This document shows, piece by piece, positions 18,744-29,259 of a DNA stretch of 64,000 nt (its first letter is position 1; the number at the start of each line of letters is the position of its first letter). The notes below the pieces were generated by a model. The model had not been told where the DNA came from, made no database searches, and worked only from the letters and a program-made list of their open reading frames with translations. The stretch lies in assembly GCA_963663965.2 (NCBI GenBank), contig CAXXFK010000001.1:256001-320000 (forward strand), written 5' to 3'. This DNA is from Sedimentisphaerales bacterium. Lineage in GTDB: Bacteria; Planctomycetota; Phycisphaerae; Sedimentisphaerales; SM23-30. The translations under genes were made by a program, and so were the position numbers.

Positions 18744-20438
18744 TTAATACTTACGTTCAAAAATCAGTTGTGGCCGGCCAAACAAGGTCCAGTCATGATC
18801 ATTAGAATTCCCGGAACCCTGAGTCGTAATCAGGGTTAAAAATCTGGTATTCTGGGGGATCTTCAGATCCAGAGTTTCACATTCTCCCGCGGGAAGATCC
18901 TGTCGGGAAAACAAGGGTTTGCCATCAGCCAGGATAAAGAAATCCGCACTGGGAATTCGTGTGCCTTCCTGGGTAATTGATGGGTAGTTGAGAATCGTTT
19001 CGGAGATCCCGCAAATGGCTTTAAAAGCGACAACTTTCAGACCGGCTTGCTGTCTGCGAATGGCATCCAGGTCAAAGGTGATCCCTTGATTGGCGTGCAT
19101 GTAAATGGCCGGCATCTGTTCAGTACCATAGACAATACCGTCCAGAGTCAAATTATGAATCGGAACGTTATAACCCCGGCTGCCATGCCAGGCACCGTTA
19201 AAAACGCCGCCCCAATACCGGCCGTTGGTATCCGGGCAACCATCGAAAGTTAATCCTGAGGTACTGATAATAACCGTCTCGCTCCCATCGGGAACAAAAA
19301 TGCCATCAATATAAGGAGAATCCAAAACAGGCTGAAACGTTTGGGGGCCAACCGCCGAAGTCGTGATGGTATCGAAAATACGAAAACCGCTTTGACTGGG
19401 ATCGAGACCCCGGTTCAGCACACCCGCTTCAAAGCCATTACCGCCAGAGACAATATCCGCAAGGTTAAGTGGCTGACCATGCCAGGTTCGGTTCAATGTG
19501 GAATCAAAATTTTGCACAAAGGCCGTTTGATCCTGCTGAATCACTTCCATACGGGCCGAACCGGGCCGAACCCGTCTGGCCTCACCGGCGGTTAACATGG
19601 CGTTTTGCAGCGTTTTGCCGGTATCGCCGGCGATCAGATTGGCTTTGCCTTTAAACATATGAATATCCGAAGCCCCATTCAGTCCGACATTGATGCCGAA
19701 TTGGGTCCCCAGATCGATGACGCGCGAAGTAGGCGTGCGCACCATAAAACCAGATGCCGCCTGAGGAATGTAACAGAATATCCGGCCATAACGCAAATCG
19801 AGTTGTTCCGGCGATACGCAGGCGAACGAGGCCGGGCCTTCAATAATCACTTCGGCCTGGTCATCAAATCGAATCCGGACCAGACCTGCGGTCATTTCGA
19901 TGGGCTGGCTCAAATTAAAGACACGGTTGTCTTTTTTCAGAACGCACCAGTCATCTTTCCATTGAGCCTGCATGGTATCGACGACCGTTGCCACAGAATG
20001 CAAATGGGGCAACTGATAGGCATCGATCAAAAACAACGCCAGAATCAGGATTGCCGCCGAGGCAACCGCCGGCAGGAGCGATTTCCAGTTCACACGAAAC
20101 GGTTTGCGTTCCGGCGATGCGGAATTAGGATGGGAGACGGGTTGCAGTTGTGGTATCTCTTCGACCGTTGGCGCTTCTTTTTCCAACTGAGCCATGGACA
20201 TAAGCACATCCTGGCAACTACTGGCGCTCATACCCGACGCCATTGCCGCCCGGGCCCCTATCCCGATTTTCATGGCGGCATAATGCTGCATGAACTCGTA
20301 ATAGTGAGCGACCGCCTGGGGATCCTCATGCAACCATTGCTCCAGCTGCGCAAACGCTTCATCATCGATACTATGGTCCAGCAACCGCAAGAGCAGTTCA
20401 TCGATTTGCCTGGCATCTTCTCGGGTCATTTCAGACAT
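18744..20438 (-). CDS. FecR-family anti-sigma factor with C-terminal NPCBM/NEW2-like domain
   Basis: N-terminal anti-sigma helices, single TM, V.IEGPA, F.VRTP...IDLGTQFG, MHANQGITFDL and FLTLITT..DW..FG.P.L. Confidence 0.82.
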   Translation of the reverse strand: MSEMTREDARQIDELLLRLLDHSIDDEAFAQLEQWLHEDPQAVAHYYEFMQHYAAMKIGIGARAAMASGMSASSCQDVLMSMAQLEKEAPTVEEIPQLQPVSHPNSASPERKPFRVNWKSLLPAVASAAILILALFLIDAYQLPHLHSVATVVDTMQAQWKDDWCVLKKDNRVFNLSQPIEMTAGLVRIRFDDQAEVIIEGPASFACVSPEQLDLRYGRIFCYIPQAASGFMVRTPTSRVIDLGTQFGINVGLNGASDIHMFKGKANLIAGDTGKTLQNAMLTAGEARRVRPGSARMEVIQQDQTAFVQNFDSTLNRTWHGQPLNLADIVSGGNGFEAGVLNRGLDPSQSGFRIFDTITTSAVGPQTFQPVLDSPYIDGIFVPDGSETVIISTSGLTFDGCPDTNGRYWGGVFNGAWHGSRGYNVPIHNLTLDGIVYGTEQMPAIYMHANQGITFDLDAIRRQQAGLKVVAFKAICGISETILNYPSITQEGTRIPSADFFILADGKPLFSRQDLPAGECETLDLKIPQNTRFLTLITTQGSGNSNDHDWTLFGRPQLIFERKY

Positions 20439-20961
20439 ACTCTCCCTGACGCATGCTACGATCGATACATTGACGAAGCATACTTAAGATTCGGGTCATC
20501 GATTTATACAATCCATCCGGCGACCGGCCGGTTGCCTGTGACATTTGTTTAATCGCCATATTTTTCTGGAAACGCATCACAATCAGCGATCGATCAGAAT
20601 CTTTGAGTTTACCGACGCACTGGTGCAAATGATTTAATCGATCAGACAAATCATCCCGGTCAGAATTCACGTATTGCTCAATTTGGCTATAGGTATCCGT
20701 GTCGAAAAAGGGCCTGGTTTTTTTGTTTTTACGTACAAAATCTATTACCTTATTACGAGCAATACTGCATGCCCACGCACTGAAATTGGTACCCAGTTGG
20801 AAATTATCAAAATGTTCCCATAACAGGGAGGATGTCTCCTGCAGCAATTCTTCGGCATCGTTTTCATTGTGGACCATGGTCAGAATATAAGCAAACAACC
20901 GGTTTTGCACCCCGGTATAGTGCCGGAAGAACAACTCACTTTTTTTGCTTTTATCTGACAT
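20431..20961 (-). CDS. ECF sigma-70 factor (Rhodopirellula/Verrucomicrobia type)
   Basis: DAEELLQET..LW..FD.F..GTNF.AWA..IARN, L..C..KL..DR.L...R; overlaps the anti-sigma start. Confidence 0.92.
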   Translation of the reverse strand: MSDKSKKSELFFRHYTGVQNRLFAYILTMVHNENDAEELLQETSSLLWEHFDNFQLGTNFSAWACSIARNKVIDFVRKNKKTRPFFDTDTYSQIEQYVNSDRDDLSDRLNHLHQCVGKLKDSDRSLIVMRFQKNMAIKQMSQATGRSPDGLYKSMTRILSMLRQCIDRSMRQGEYV

Positions 20962-21029
20962 CGGTAACTTTATTACGATTCCAATAGATTCATCGAGACA
21001 AGAACCGGTTTTATATACAATTCATCCAC

Positions 21030-21072
21030 TTATACACAAAACGTTAGATTTGACAAAATTAGAAGGTAAAAA
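21030..21072 (-). promoter_or_regulatory. Putative ECF promoter motif, copy 1 (upstream of the sigma gene)
   Basis: Minus strand TTTTTACCTTCTAATTTT..CGTTTTGTGTATAA, similar to the copy at 22130-22173. Confidence 0.45.
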
Positions 21073-21256
21073 TCCATTTTTTACCAGAATCTGCATTGTT
21101 TTCATCGGCCATATATGACAATAATAATGTCTATGGTCTTGATATCAAAGACTTTGCATATTCTCGAACCAGGGCACATCCTATGCCGACTGACTGTTAT
21201 AAATTTTCAAGCATTCCTGAATACTGGCGCTTTGGATCAAAATCAATCCAATCCGG

Positions 21257-22078
21257 TCAATCTGGGATAACGATCTCATCGGCGCTTCGGTACTGATAAC
21301 CACGGTGCCAGGGCAGGGTCCATAATTCAGCTAATTTTACCGATTCGATATGAGAGTCTTTAAACGCAATGTTGACGGAACGTTTGTGGCGGTCAAAACA
21401 GAATCGCCACATTTCACCGATACCCGAAAAGGCATAATCGTTGGGGGTATCGCCCAGGTTAGTTGGCGGTTGATCGGGCGATTGGGGCCAGCCGATCGTC
21501 CAGAGAGCATCCCCAAAGACAGGTACATCACCTTTGACGCTATCCCATCGACGATAATATAAATTGGCGCGTTCGGGGACATTTTCATACATGGCATCAT
21601 AAACTACCCAGCCATTCATACCATAACTACCCATTGTGGACATATCATTGGTACGCTGCCACTCCCAGGGTTTCTTACGCGTCCCCCAATATCCCGAGGG
21701 ATTTTGCAGAGTGGTATCCGTATTGTAGCCGGCAGCAGGCGCCGAAGGACATAACAGTAATTCGATGGTCTCACCTCTCAGGTAACGTTGACTGTAATTG
21801 GCATTTCCGGCGTATTTAGCCAGTTTGCCCATCCAGTAGAGATTGGTTTCATTAAAATCAAGGTTGTTACGTACTGAAAATCGTTTATTGTCGTTATCGA
21901 CTTCATAGACTTCCAGAGCCCGCATCAACTGTGACAAATGGGTTGAACAGACCGTTTTTTTTGCCTGTTCCCGAGCCTGTCCCAACGCCGGCATTAAAAT
22001 CGCAATTAATAACGCAATAATCGAGATGACAACGAGTAATTCTATTAATGTAAAGCCTTTAAGGTTGTTTCGTTTCAT
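21257..22078 (-). CDS. Prepilin-type N-terminal cleavage/methylation protein with H-X9-DG-like C-terminal motif
   Basis: [52 protein letters not shown]. Confidence 0.9.
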   Translation of the reverse strand: MKRNNLKGFTLIELLVVISIIALLIAILMPALGQAREQAKKTVCSTHLSQLMRALEVYEVDNDNKRFSVRNNLDFNETNLYWMGKLAKYAGNANYSQRYLRGETIELLLCPSAPAAGYNTDTTLQNPSGYWGTRKKPWEWQRTNDMSTMGSYGMNGWVVYDAMYENVPERANLYYRRWDSVKGDVPVFGDALWTIGWPQSPDQPPTNLGDTPNDYAFSGIGEMWRFCFDRHKRSVNIAFKDSHIESVKLAELWTLPWHRGYQYRSADEIVIPD

Positions 22079-22129
22079 AGTCATAACAGGATTCCAGTAA
22101 GTTGTAAGCAATCTGTAACTTCGCTACTT

Positions 22130-22173
22130 TTATAAACAGAAACGAAACGTTTCCAAAAATTGGATGATAAAAA
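22130..22173 (-). promoter_or_regulatory. Putative ECF promoter motif, copy 2 (upstream of the prepilin gene)
   Basis: Minus strand TTTTTATCATCCAATTTT..CGTTTCTGTTTATAA. Confidence 0.45.
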
Positions 22174-22302
22174 TTGTTTTTTTGATATCGGATCAAACCC
22201 GGTGCATTGAAATATGGATGAATACGGTCACTAATCCAAATAAACTGTCAGCCCATATAGCCGGCTAAGGGTGATCATTATTCGTTATTCGAACAGACAA
22301 AT

Positions 22303-22593
22303 CTATTCAAAATACTTTGGTTGCCCCAGTGTTTTAAGCGAAAATAATGAAAAGATGTGATGGCCGTCATAATCCATAACACGCAGATCATCTTGCTGTT
22401 GCAAATCACCCATCACGGCATTATAATGCATCCCATACTTTTCCTTGACCAGGTTATCGGGAATTTCGTACGCAATAAATTTTTTGATCCCCTTGGAAGC
22501 CAGTTTTTCAATTAACCTGGGATTTTCTATGGAAGGGTAAGATGTAAGTACTAAAATCGGCCCTGTACCAGAAAATATAATAGCCGCATTCAT
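22303..22593 (-). CDS. Small conserved-looking hypothetical cytosolic protein
   Basis: Globular composition, AAAGGAAAGG SD-like sequence before ATG 22593; GTGPIL.LTSY..KGIKKFIAYE..DDLRVMDYDG. Confidence 0.7.
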   Translation of the reverse strand: MNAAIIFSGTGPILVLTSYPSIENPRLIEKLASKGIKKFIAYEIPDNLVKEKYGMHYNAVMGDLQQQDDLRVMDYDGHHIFSLFSLKTLGQPKYFE

Positions 22594-22800
22594 AACAACC
22601 TTTCCTTTCTGCTGTTTTGACAACTCGCTCCCGGTCCGGATGGGCCAGCCTGATCTGACATAATATAACTGCCAATATAAAATATTAGGTCATCCTGAGT
22701 TATGAAGTCAAATTTTATTCATTATGCTCATTAAAAAATTATTTCAAATCCAATGTTGTACCTGGCTGAAGCAATCCAGATAACGATCACGGTGTCGCTA

Positions 22801-23637
22801 TCAATTATGGTGCGGATTGGTCTGCGAGGGGCTGATCCCAAATAAACGTTTATATTCGCGACTGAAATGATAAGGACTGGAGAATCCCAGCCGACTGGCT
22901 ATCTGGGTAATAGTAAACTGCCTTTGACGCAACAATTCACGGCCCAGAGTCAGGCGAACCTGGTTATAATATTTTTTCGGGGATTCTCCAGTCGCTTTCT
23001 GAAACAAATTACGAAAATGGCGAACACTCAATCCGGCCATCCCGGCCATCTGCTCAATGGTCATGGGTGGATTGAAGCGGCTGTACATCAGATCAATCAC
23101 CTGATCGATGGCGTCGAAATGGCGTTCCGTCGCATCATTGCCACTTTCGCCGGCCAGCCATTCATATAATGTTTGAAGAAACAACGCGGATGCCATTCGG
23201 CGACTGGATTGACTGTGTTTGCGTAACAGGGATGATATCAGCCTGAATCGTCCCGGTTCGTCAGGTAAGGGCAGGATCGCCATAGGAACATACAACCTGA
23301 AATCCGCCGGGCCATAGGCATTGAACTCGAACCACCAGAAATGCCAGCTTGAGTCCAGGCATCGATAGCGTTGCAATTGCTGCCAGTCAAATAAAACCAG
23401 ACTGTCACCGGTAAGCACTATATCCCCCCGGTTTCTGAAACGGATACATCCTCGGCCCGCTATCGATTTAAGCGCGATTAATCCGGTACCGCCATGGGTG
23501 TGGATCTGGCGTGAGGTCTGGATTGACCGGTCCAGGTTAATATCATATTGGCTATCGGCCAGAACATGCCAGACCGTATGGAGATCAAGTCCGATAACGC
23601 TGGATGGGCCGGCGGCTGTGGCGTATTCTTCAAACAT
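22801..23637 (-). CDS. AraC-family transcriptional regulator
   Basis: C-terminal double HTH: MAGLS.RHF..LF.K.TG.SP, ITQIA.RLGFSSPYHFSREYK..FGISP. Confidence 0.92.
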   Translation of the reverse strand: MFEEYATAAGPSSVIGLDLHTVWHVLADSQYDINLDRSIQTSRQIHTHGGTGLIALKSIAGRGCIRFRNRGDIVLTGDSLVLFDWQQLQRYRCLDSSWHFWWFEFNAYGPADFRLYVPMAILPLPDEPGRFRLISSLLRKHSQSSRRMASALFLQTLYEWLAGESGNDATERHFDAIDQVIDLMYSRFNPPMTIEQMAGMAGLSVRHFRNLFQKATGESPKKYYNQVRLTLGRELLRQRQFTITQIASRLGFSSPYHFSREYKRLFGISPSQTNPHHN

Positions 23638-23656
23638 GATAAAACTCCTGTAATTG

Positions 23657-23683
23657 CCGAAATATATATGATTATATCCGAAA
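23657..23683 (+). promoter_or_regulatory. Putative AraC tandem binding sites
   Basis: CCGAAA direct repeat at 21-bp spacing between araC and the divergent URO-D-like gene. Confidence 0.45.
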
Positions 23684-23757
23684 AGTCTATGGATTAATTG
23701 AACATCATGCCTGAATATATAGGTTCAATTTGTTTTTTTTATTTGCGAGAGAACTCC

Positions 23758-24804
23758 ATGAATTCACGCGAACGTGTTCAGATGGCATTGGCCCATGAGA
23801 CCCCGGACCGACCTCCAGTATTTGCTACATTTGTACCGGAAACCGAAACAAAACTCCGAAAATCAACTGGATGTGGTAATCAGGCCGATCTGGGAGTATT
23901 CCTGGGTAATGATATGATCAAAGATTGTGTCGGGCTGGAATTGAGTTTTTATGGCCAACCACGGCCGCAATATACCGATCCCTGGGGTATCGAATGGCGT
24001 TATATCCAGAATGAGTTTGGCGTATTTACAGAAATTTGTGGCCATCCACTGGCCGGTGATATGGCAAAACTGGGTCACTATGAAATTCCCGATCCTGGCG
24101 TAGATACTCAATATGACAATTTTCGAGCGATGAAAACACACTATGGAACGGACAAATGGTTGATTGGCTCTTCCCAGATCAGTATTTTTGAAGCGGCCTG
24201 GTATCTGCGCGGGCTGGACCAGTTTATGATGGATATGGCGCTGTCGCCAGATTATGCTGAAGCTCTGATGGACAAGGTGATGCAATTCCCCCTGGGCGCC
24301 AGCCGGAAATATATCGAACTGGGGGCCGATATGGTCTGGTTCGGGGATGATGTCGCCATGCAGACCGGCATGATGATTTCAGTGGACATGTGGCGTCGTT
24401 TTCTTAAACCCCGTTATGCAATCCTGTTTAGCGAAGCCAAGCGGATCAATCCTGATATTGTGATTGCCTATCACAGTTGCGGTAACTGTGAGCTGATCCT
24501 GGATGACATGATAGAAATCGGTCTCGATGTTCTTAATCCGATCCAGCCCATGGCCATCAATCCGGTAATGGTCAAGCAACGTTACGGCAAACACCTGACA
24601 CTTTTTGGCGGTATGTGTGTACAGCGGATCATGCCGAACGGAACACCGGCTGACATCCGGCATGAAACCCAACGATTAAAAACCGAATGCGGTTCAAATG
24701 GCGGCTATATCCTGGCGCCCGCCCATCATATTCAGGCGGATACTCCGGTTGAAAATGTCATGGCGTTTTATGAAGAAGGCTTGAAACTAATTCCTGGACA
24801 TTGA
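23758..24804 (+). CDS. Uroporphyrinogen decarboxylase-like / MtaA-CmuA superfamily protein
   Basis: MNSRERV..AL.H..PDRPP, D.WG..W, FE.AW.LRG, GDD, HSCG, GLDVLNPIQP, GGYILAPAH. Confidence 0.85.
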   Translation: MNSRERVQMALAHETPDRPPVFATFVPETETKLRKSTGCGNQADLGVFLGNDMIKDCVGLELSFYGQPRPQYTDPWGIEWRYIQNEFGVFTEICGHPLAGDMAKLGHYEIPDPGVDTQYDNFRAMKTHYGTDKWLIGSSQISIFEAAWYLRGLDQFMMDMALSPDYAEALMDKVMQFPLGASRKYIELGADMVWFGDDVAMQTGMMISVDMWRRFLKPRYAILFSEAKRINPDIVIAYHSCGNCELILDDMIEIGLDVLNPIQPMAINPVMVKQRYGKHLTLFGGMCVQRIMPNGTPADIRHETQRLKTECGSNGGYILAPAHHIQADTPVENVMAFYEEGLKLIPGH

Positions 24805-24818
24805 GTTGGAGTTTAATA

Positions 24819-27800
24819 ATGAATCGACGGATAGATATCTTGTTACTAATTATATCGGCAATGCCTTTAATCAACTCAGGCTGGGCGATTCCGCAAGGAT
24901 GGTATTCCGTGGCTTCCGTTGATTGTGGCACAGAAAGCGGTGACAGTTTCCTTGATACCGGAGATAGTTATCGCTATCCGGAAAGCGATCTCAGTCTGGA
25001 AAAAATATCCGCGGCGGATCCGATGCGTACGGTCGCTTACGGGGAAGAAGTGGCCTATGTTTTTGGCAATTTTCAACCGGAAGCGAAATACGCCGTTAGA
25101 ATCTCCTTTCTGTCAGAAAAGGGCGGCCGGATTCAAAATTTAATGGCAAACGATATGATTCTGCAAGATAATATCGAACTGCCTGACGGGTCTCCGGTTA
25201 CTCTGGAATTTGAATTGTCACCGGCTATCTATCAGGCAGGAGAAGTAACAATAGCAACTCATAGAATCGCCGGGCCCAACGCGGTCATAGCCGCTCTGGA
25301 AATCTTCAGCGATAGAACCGGCCCCTTAACAGCGCCAGCCGATAGCCCCGAAACGCTGCCCGAACCGACTTACACTGCTATTCCGGTCAATGCAAAAATC
25401 ATGGACCTGAATGGCGCCTGGCAGTTTAATCCTGTCTCAGATGAGAGACCGTTACCCCCCCGCGGGCGAGGCTGGTCCACTATTCAGGTTCCAGGTGAAT
25501 GGTCCATGCAGGGATTTACTGTTGACCGAGCGGCGGAATATCGGCGGGATATCGATATCCCGCTGGAGTGGCAAAGCCGGTGTGTTAAATTGCGGTTTGA
25601 CGCCGTGTATGGTGATGCCGAAATCCTGGTCAACAGTAAAATAGCAGGCCGCCATTCAGGGACGTATACCCCATTTGAATTTGACATTACCAATTTGATC
25701 CATTGTGGCGTTAATAACGAAGTACGCGTCAGGGTAACAGCCAATACCCGTGCTGACCGGTTGGCCACGGGTTCAAAGTACGCGGTTCATCCGCTTTATG
25801 GCATTGCCCGCAAAGTTTCCCTGTTTGCCGTACCACAGCTGCATATCCAGAATTTCCATGTTGCAACCGATCTGGATGATCAGTACCGGGATGCCATTCT
25901 CAAAGCTGGAATGAAACTGATCAATACCAGCACATTACCTGTCCATGAAGTTGAAGTACTATTTAAGCTGAAAACCTGGCCTGAAGAAAAATATGTCGAA
26001 ATCACCAACCACAGTTTTACCATACCCATCCCTCAAAATGCCAACAACATCCAATCGATAGAACCAAACCAGAGCAATAAACCAGCCATGACCAACCAGG
26101 TATTTCATCTGGCGGTTGAGCAGCCTCGCAAATGGGATTGCGAACATCCCAATCTGTATACCCTGGAATGCCAGTTAAAGCAGAATAATACGATTATCGA
26201 GACGGTGCGACAGCGTTTTGGTTTTCGTGAATTGGCCGTCTCTGGCAATCGGTTTTTGCTCAATGGTGTTCCGGTGAAACTGCATGGTGTTGACCGGCAT
26301 GAAGTACATCCACTGACTGGTCGCAGTTTGAAACCGGAAGATAACTGGTGGCGCAAAGATGCCGAACTATTTAAAGCCATGAACTGTAACTATATCCGAA
26401 CTTCGCATTACCCGCCGGCGGAAGAATTTATCGACGCCTGTGATGAAATAGGTCTGTTCGTGGAAGAAGAAGCCCCGATCTGCTGGGGCAACGATGGCAG
26501 CCGTTTGAATCGCCCGATTGTATTGCAGAGTACGGCCGAGATGATCTCTCGTGACCGTAGTCATCCAAGTGTCATTATCTGGTCGCTGGCCAATGAATCG
26601 AAATGGCAGAAGAATTATCAACTCAGTTTTGCCCTGGCCGAAAAACTGGATCCCACCCGGCCCAAAACATTCCATGACCAGTGCTGGAACAATAGCCACA
26701 GCACCACTCAGATTGCCAATCAGCATTATCCCGGCCCCGGCGGTCCGGAACGCGCGAACAAAGAAGACCGCCCGGTGCTCTTTGGTGAGTTTTGCCATCT
26801 AAACTGTTATAACCATGAGGAGCTGGTGACCGATCCGGGCCTGCGCGACGCCTGGGGGCTGGTGCTGGCAAGCATGTGGGAAGCAATGTACCGGTCTGAT
26901 GGCTGCCTGGGCGGTGCGATCTGGTCCGGTATCGACGATACCTTTTTCCTGCCGGATGGCAAGGTTGTGGGCTATGGTCCCTGGGGCCCGCTGGATGGCT
27001 GGCGACGATTGAAGCCGGAAGCCTGGCATGTATTCAAAACCTACGCGCCTGTGCAAATCGAATTGGGTGAACAAACAGAGGAACAGATATGCCTGCAAGT
27101 GGAAAACCGGTTTGGGTTTACTGATCTGAATGAATGCTGGATTCACTGGCAATGCAATGGTCGTAACGGGCAATTGAAAATGGAATTAACGCCGGGCAAG
27201 CGCGGTTCCCTGACTTTACCGGTAAAAGTGAGTGATCTGGATAACATGATGCTCGATATCAAAGTTTACGACCCGGTTGATCGTCTGGTCCAGCATACCC
27301 GCTTTGGAAATAACTCTCAAATCGAGACTCCAATGACACCATCGGGCAAGCCATTTCAGGCTAAACAATCAGGCTCAACCTTAACAGCAGAATCGACCGG
27401 AATGCGGATTCGCTTTGATTTGAAAACCGGCCTCTTTATTTCCATAGAGAGTGATGGTCAGACTATTCTGACTGGCGGGCCCACTCTGATGCTGCTGGCA
27501 GATTATTTCCCGCCCGACAGCACCGCGCAAATGATCGGTACCGATCAGTTCGAATCTTATACGGCTCCATGCACCAACTGGACCTGTACGAACATTGATT
27601 GGCAACAGGCTGACAGCGGTGTGACGACCATCAAAGTATCCGGTCACACCGATCAGGCAGAGGGCACTTATACGATTGATCTGGATCGAGGCGGCCGGAT
27701 TACGGTAGCCTACAATTTCACCAATAAAGAAGAAATCAAAGCTCGCCAGATCGGACTGGTTTTCGATGTCCCTAAAAGCCAGTCCACTTTAAGCTGGCAG

Positions 27801-28211
27801 CGACAGGGGCAATGGAGTGTCTATCCGGACGATCACATTGGACGACTAAACGGCAAAGCCAGGGCCTTTTACGGCACCCCACCAGTCCGTTACGCCGGCC
27901 CGTCAAAAGAACCCAAAACACCCTGGAGCCGGGATGACACGGTTCTGGGCAGTCATGATTTCCGCGCGACACGCACCGGCATTCACTGGGCACAATTGAC
28001 CGGATTATCCGGTAAGGGTATCAGAGTTTTATCTGATGGCAGTCAAGCCGTGCGAGCCTGGGTTGATTCCGATACTATCCGAATGCTGGTGGCCGATCAT
28101 AACAGTATCGGCGCGGAACGATTTTTACGTTCTCACGCCTCTCCATGGAGTAAAACCCTGAAAGCCGGCGAAAATATTACTGGACAAGCGACAATTCGGA
28201 TAACCCCATAA
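24819..28211 (+). CDS. Secreted GH2 beta-galactosidase-like enzyme with extra N-terminal beta-sandwich domain
   Basis: DLNGAWQF, LRFDAV, FGFRE, GVDRHE, RTSHYPP, HPSVIIWSLANES, GEFCH, GGAIW. Confidence 0.9.
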   Translation: MNRRIDILLLIISAMPLINSGWAIPQGWYSVASVDCGTESGDSFLDTGDSYRYPESDLSLEKISAADPMRTVAYGEEVAYVFGNFQPEAKYAVRISFLSEKGGRIQNLMANDMILQDNIELPDGSPVTLEFELSPAIYQAGEVTIATHRIAGPNAVIAALEIFSDRTGPLTAPADSPETLPEPTYTAIPVNAKIMDLNGAWQFNPVSDERPLPPRGRGWSTIQVPGEWSMQGFTVDRAAEYRRDIDIPLEWQSRCVKLRFDAVYGDAEILVNSKIAGRHSGTYTPFEFDITNLIHCGVNNEVRVRVTANTRADRLATGSKYAVHPLYGIARKVSLFAVPQLHIQNFHVATDLDDQYRDAILKAGMKLINTSTLPVHEVEVLFKLKTWPEEKYVEITNHSFTIPIPQNANNIQSIEPNQSNKPAMTNQVFHLAVEQPRKWDCEHPNLYTLECQLKQNNTIIETVRQRFGFRELAVSGNRFLLNGVPVKLHGVDRHEVHPLTGRSLKPEDNWWRKDAELFKAMNCNYIRTSHYPPAEEFIDACDEIGLFVEEEAPICWGNDGSRLNRPIVLQSTAEMISRDRSHPSVIIWSLANESKWQKNYQLSFALAEKLDPTRPKTFHDQCWNNSHSTTQIANQHYPGPGGPERANKEDRPVLFGEFCHLNCYNHEELVTDPGLRDAWGLVLASMWEAMYRSDGCLGGAIWSGIDDTFFLPDGKVVGYGPWGPLDGWRRLKPEAWHVFKTYAPVQIELGEQTEEQICLQVENRFGFTDLNECWIHWQCNGRNGQLKMELTPGKRGSLTLPVKVSDLDNMMLDIKVYDPVDRLVQHTRFGNNSQIETPMTPSGKPFQAKQSGSTLTAESTGMRIRFDLKTGLFISIESDGQTILTGGPTLMLLADYFPPDSTAQMIGTDQFESYTAPCTNWTCTNIDWQQADSGVTTIKVSGHTDQAEGTYTIDLDRGGRITVAYNFTNKEEIKARQIGLVFDVPKSQSTLSWQRQGQWSVYPDDHIGRLNGKARAFYGTPPVRYAGPSKEPKTPWSRDDTVLGSHDFRATRTGIHWAQLTGLSGKGIRVLSDGSQAVRAWVDSDTIRMLVADHNSIGAERFLRSHASPWSKTLKAGENITGQATIRITP

Positions 28212-28269
28212 AAAAAGCGTAAGTCACAACAACCTACGCTTGGTATTTCGTTTATAAACAATATCTGGA

Positions 28270-28959
28270 TCAGGCTCTTTTGCGGCTACGCAGCCAGCCG
28301 ACCAGCGCCGTGCCTAATCCACCCAGCACCATAGCGCCGGGTACAGGAACAATGGCCGGAGCCGGAGATAGCATGGTAACAACGACATTATCCAGAGCCG
28401 GGCCCCAGGCGCCATCCATACCTGACAGGAAGTATAGATCCGTTGAGTTGCTTTGAGCAGTAAAGGTCCAGCTCTTACCAACCCATCCCATGTTGGTTCT
28501 TGTTTTACCTATCGTGCTGAAGGTAAAAACTTCCGTGTCGTAATAGACACTGGAACTGGTATCGGCAACGGCAACATTCATGGTTTTGGTATCCTGACGA
28601 TCCGGGTTACCGGCCATGTCGAATGCTACACTGTACACTGCGCCGGCAGCAGTCTGAATGGTCTGGAACACACCACCCTGACCATAATAGCCATTTAAAT
28701 CCAGACTGCGATCCCCATCAGATGCAGACCAGTACGATCCGATGTAATCGATCGACTCGGTATGATTAGCCAGATTTACCGCCCCGATCACTGTCCAGCC
28801 ATTTATGTCAGTGGCGCCTTCATATAAGGTTACATACGTACCAACAGATGACAATGATGACGATGGCGATAATGACTCAAAACTGCCATTTGTTGTTAAA
28901 TTTGCCTGGGCGAATCCCGCCAACGCAACAACCATTAATAAACTTACTATTCTCATCAC
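28270..28959 (-). CDS. Choice-of-anchor C (DUF642-like) secreted protein with PEP-CTERM-like tail
   Basis: NGSFE, SIDYIGSYW.ASDG.RSLDLNG, FDMAGNP, WGPALDNV; tail VPVPGAMVLGGLG..VGWLRSRKR. Confidence 0.82.
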   Translation of the reverse strand: MMRIVSLLMVVALAGFAQANLTTNGSFESLSPSSSLSSVGTYVTLYEGATDINGWTVIGAVNLANHTESIDYIGSYWSASDGDRSLDLNGYYGQGGVFQTIQTAAGAVYSVAFDMAGNPDRQDTKTMNVAVADTSSSVYYDTEVFTFSTIGKTRTNMGWVGKSWTFTAQSNSTDLYFLSGMDGAWGPALDNVVVTMLSPAPAIVPVPGAMVLGGLGTALVGWLRSRKRA

Positions 28960-29259
28960 TTAAACTCCTCATTTGGATTAAGGTATTTTTTGGTTTATCA
29001 GAGGTGATCTCAAATTCCCGAAGATTTTCCTGCTTCTTTGGAGACTTTCCTCATCTTTTGCACATAGTTATTTATATTATAAACATCTTTTTAGAACAAA
29101 TCAAGTTTAAATCCTGTCGAGTCGCATCAAAATCATAAACCTTTATTTTAACGCATATTACGTATTTGTTCTTTGACAAATCTTTTACACTGCTCTTTTG
29201 AATGTGTCTTCACTATAATTTGATAGTAGTAAAGACAAACGATTACAGGAGACCCGATC

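Noticed and set aside
19605..20552. 315-aa plus-strand ORF
   Set aside because: Antisense shadow of the FecR gene, with no recognisable motifs
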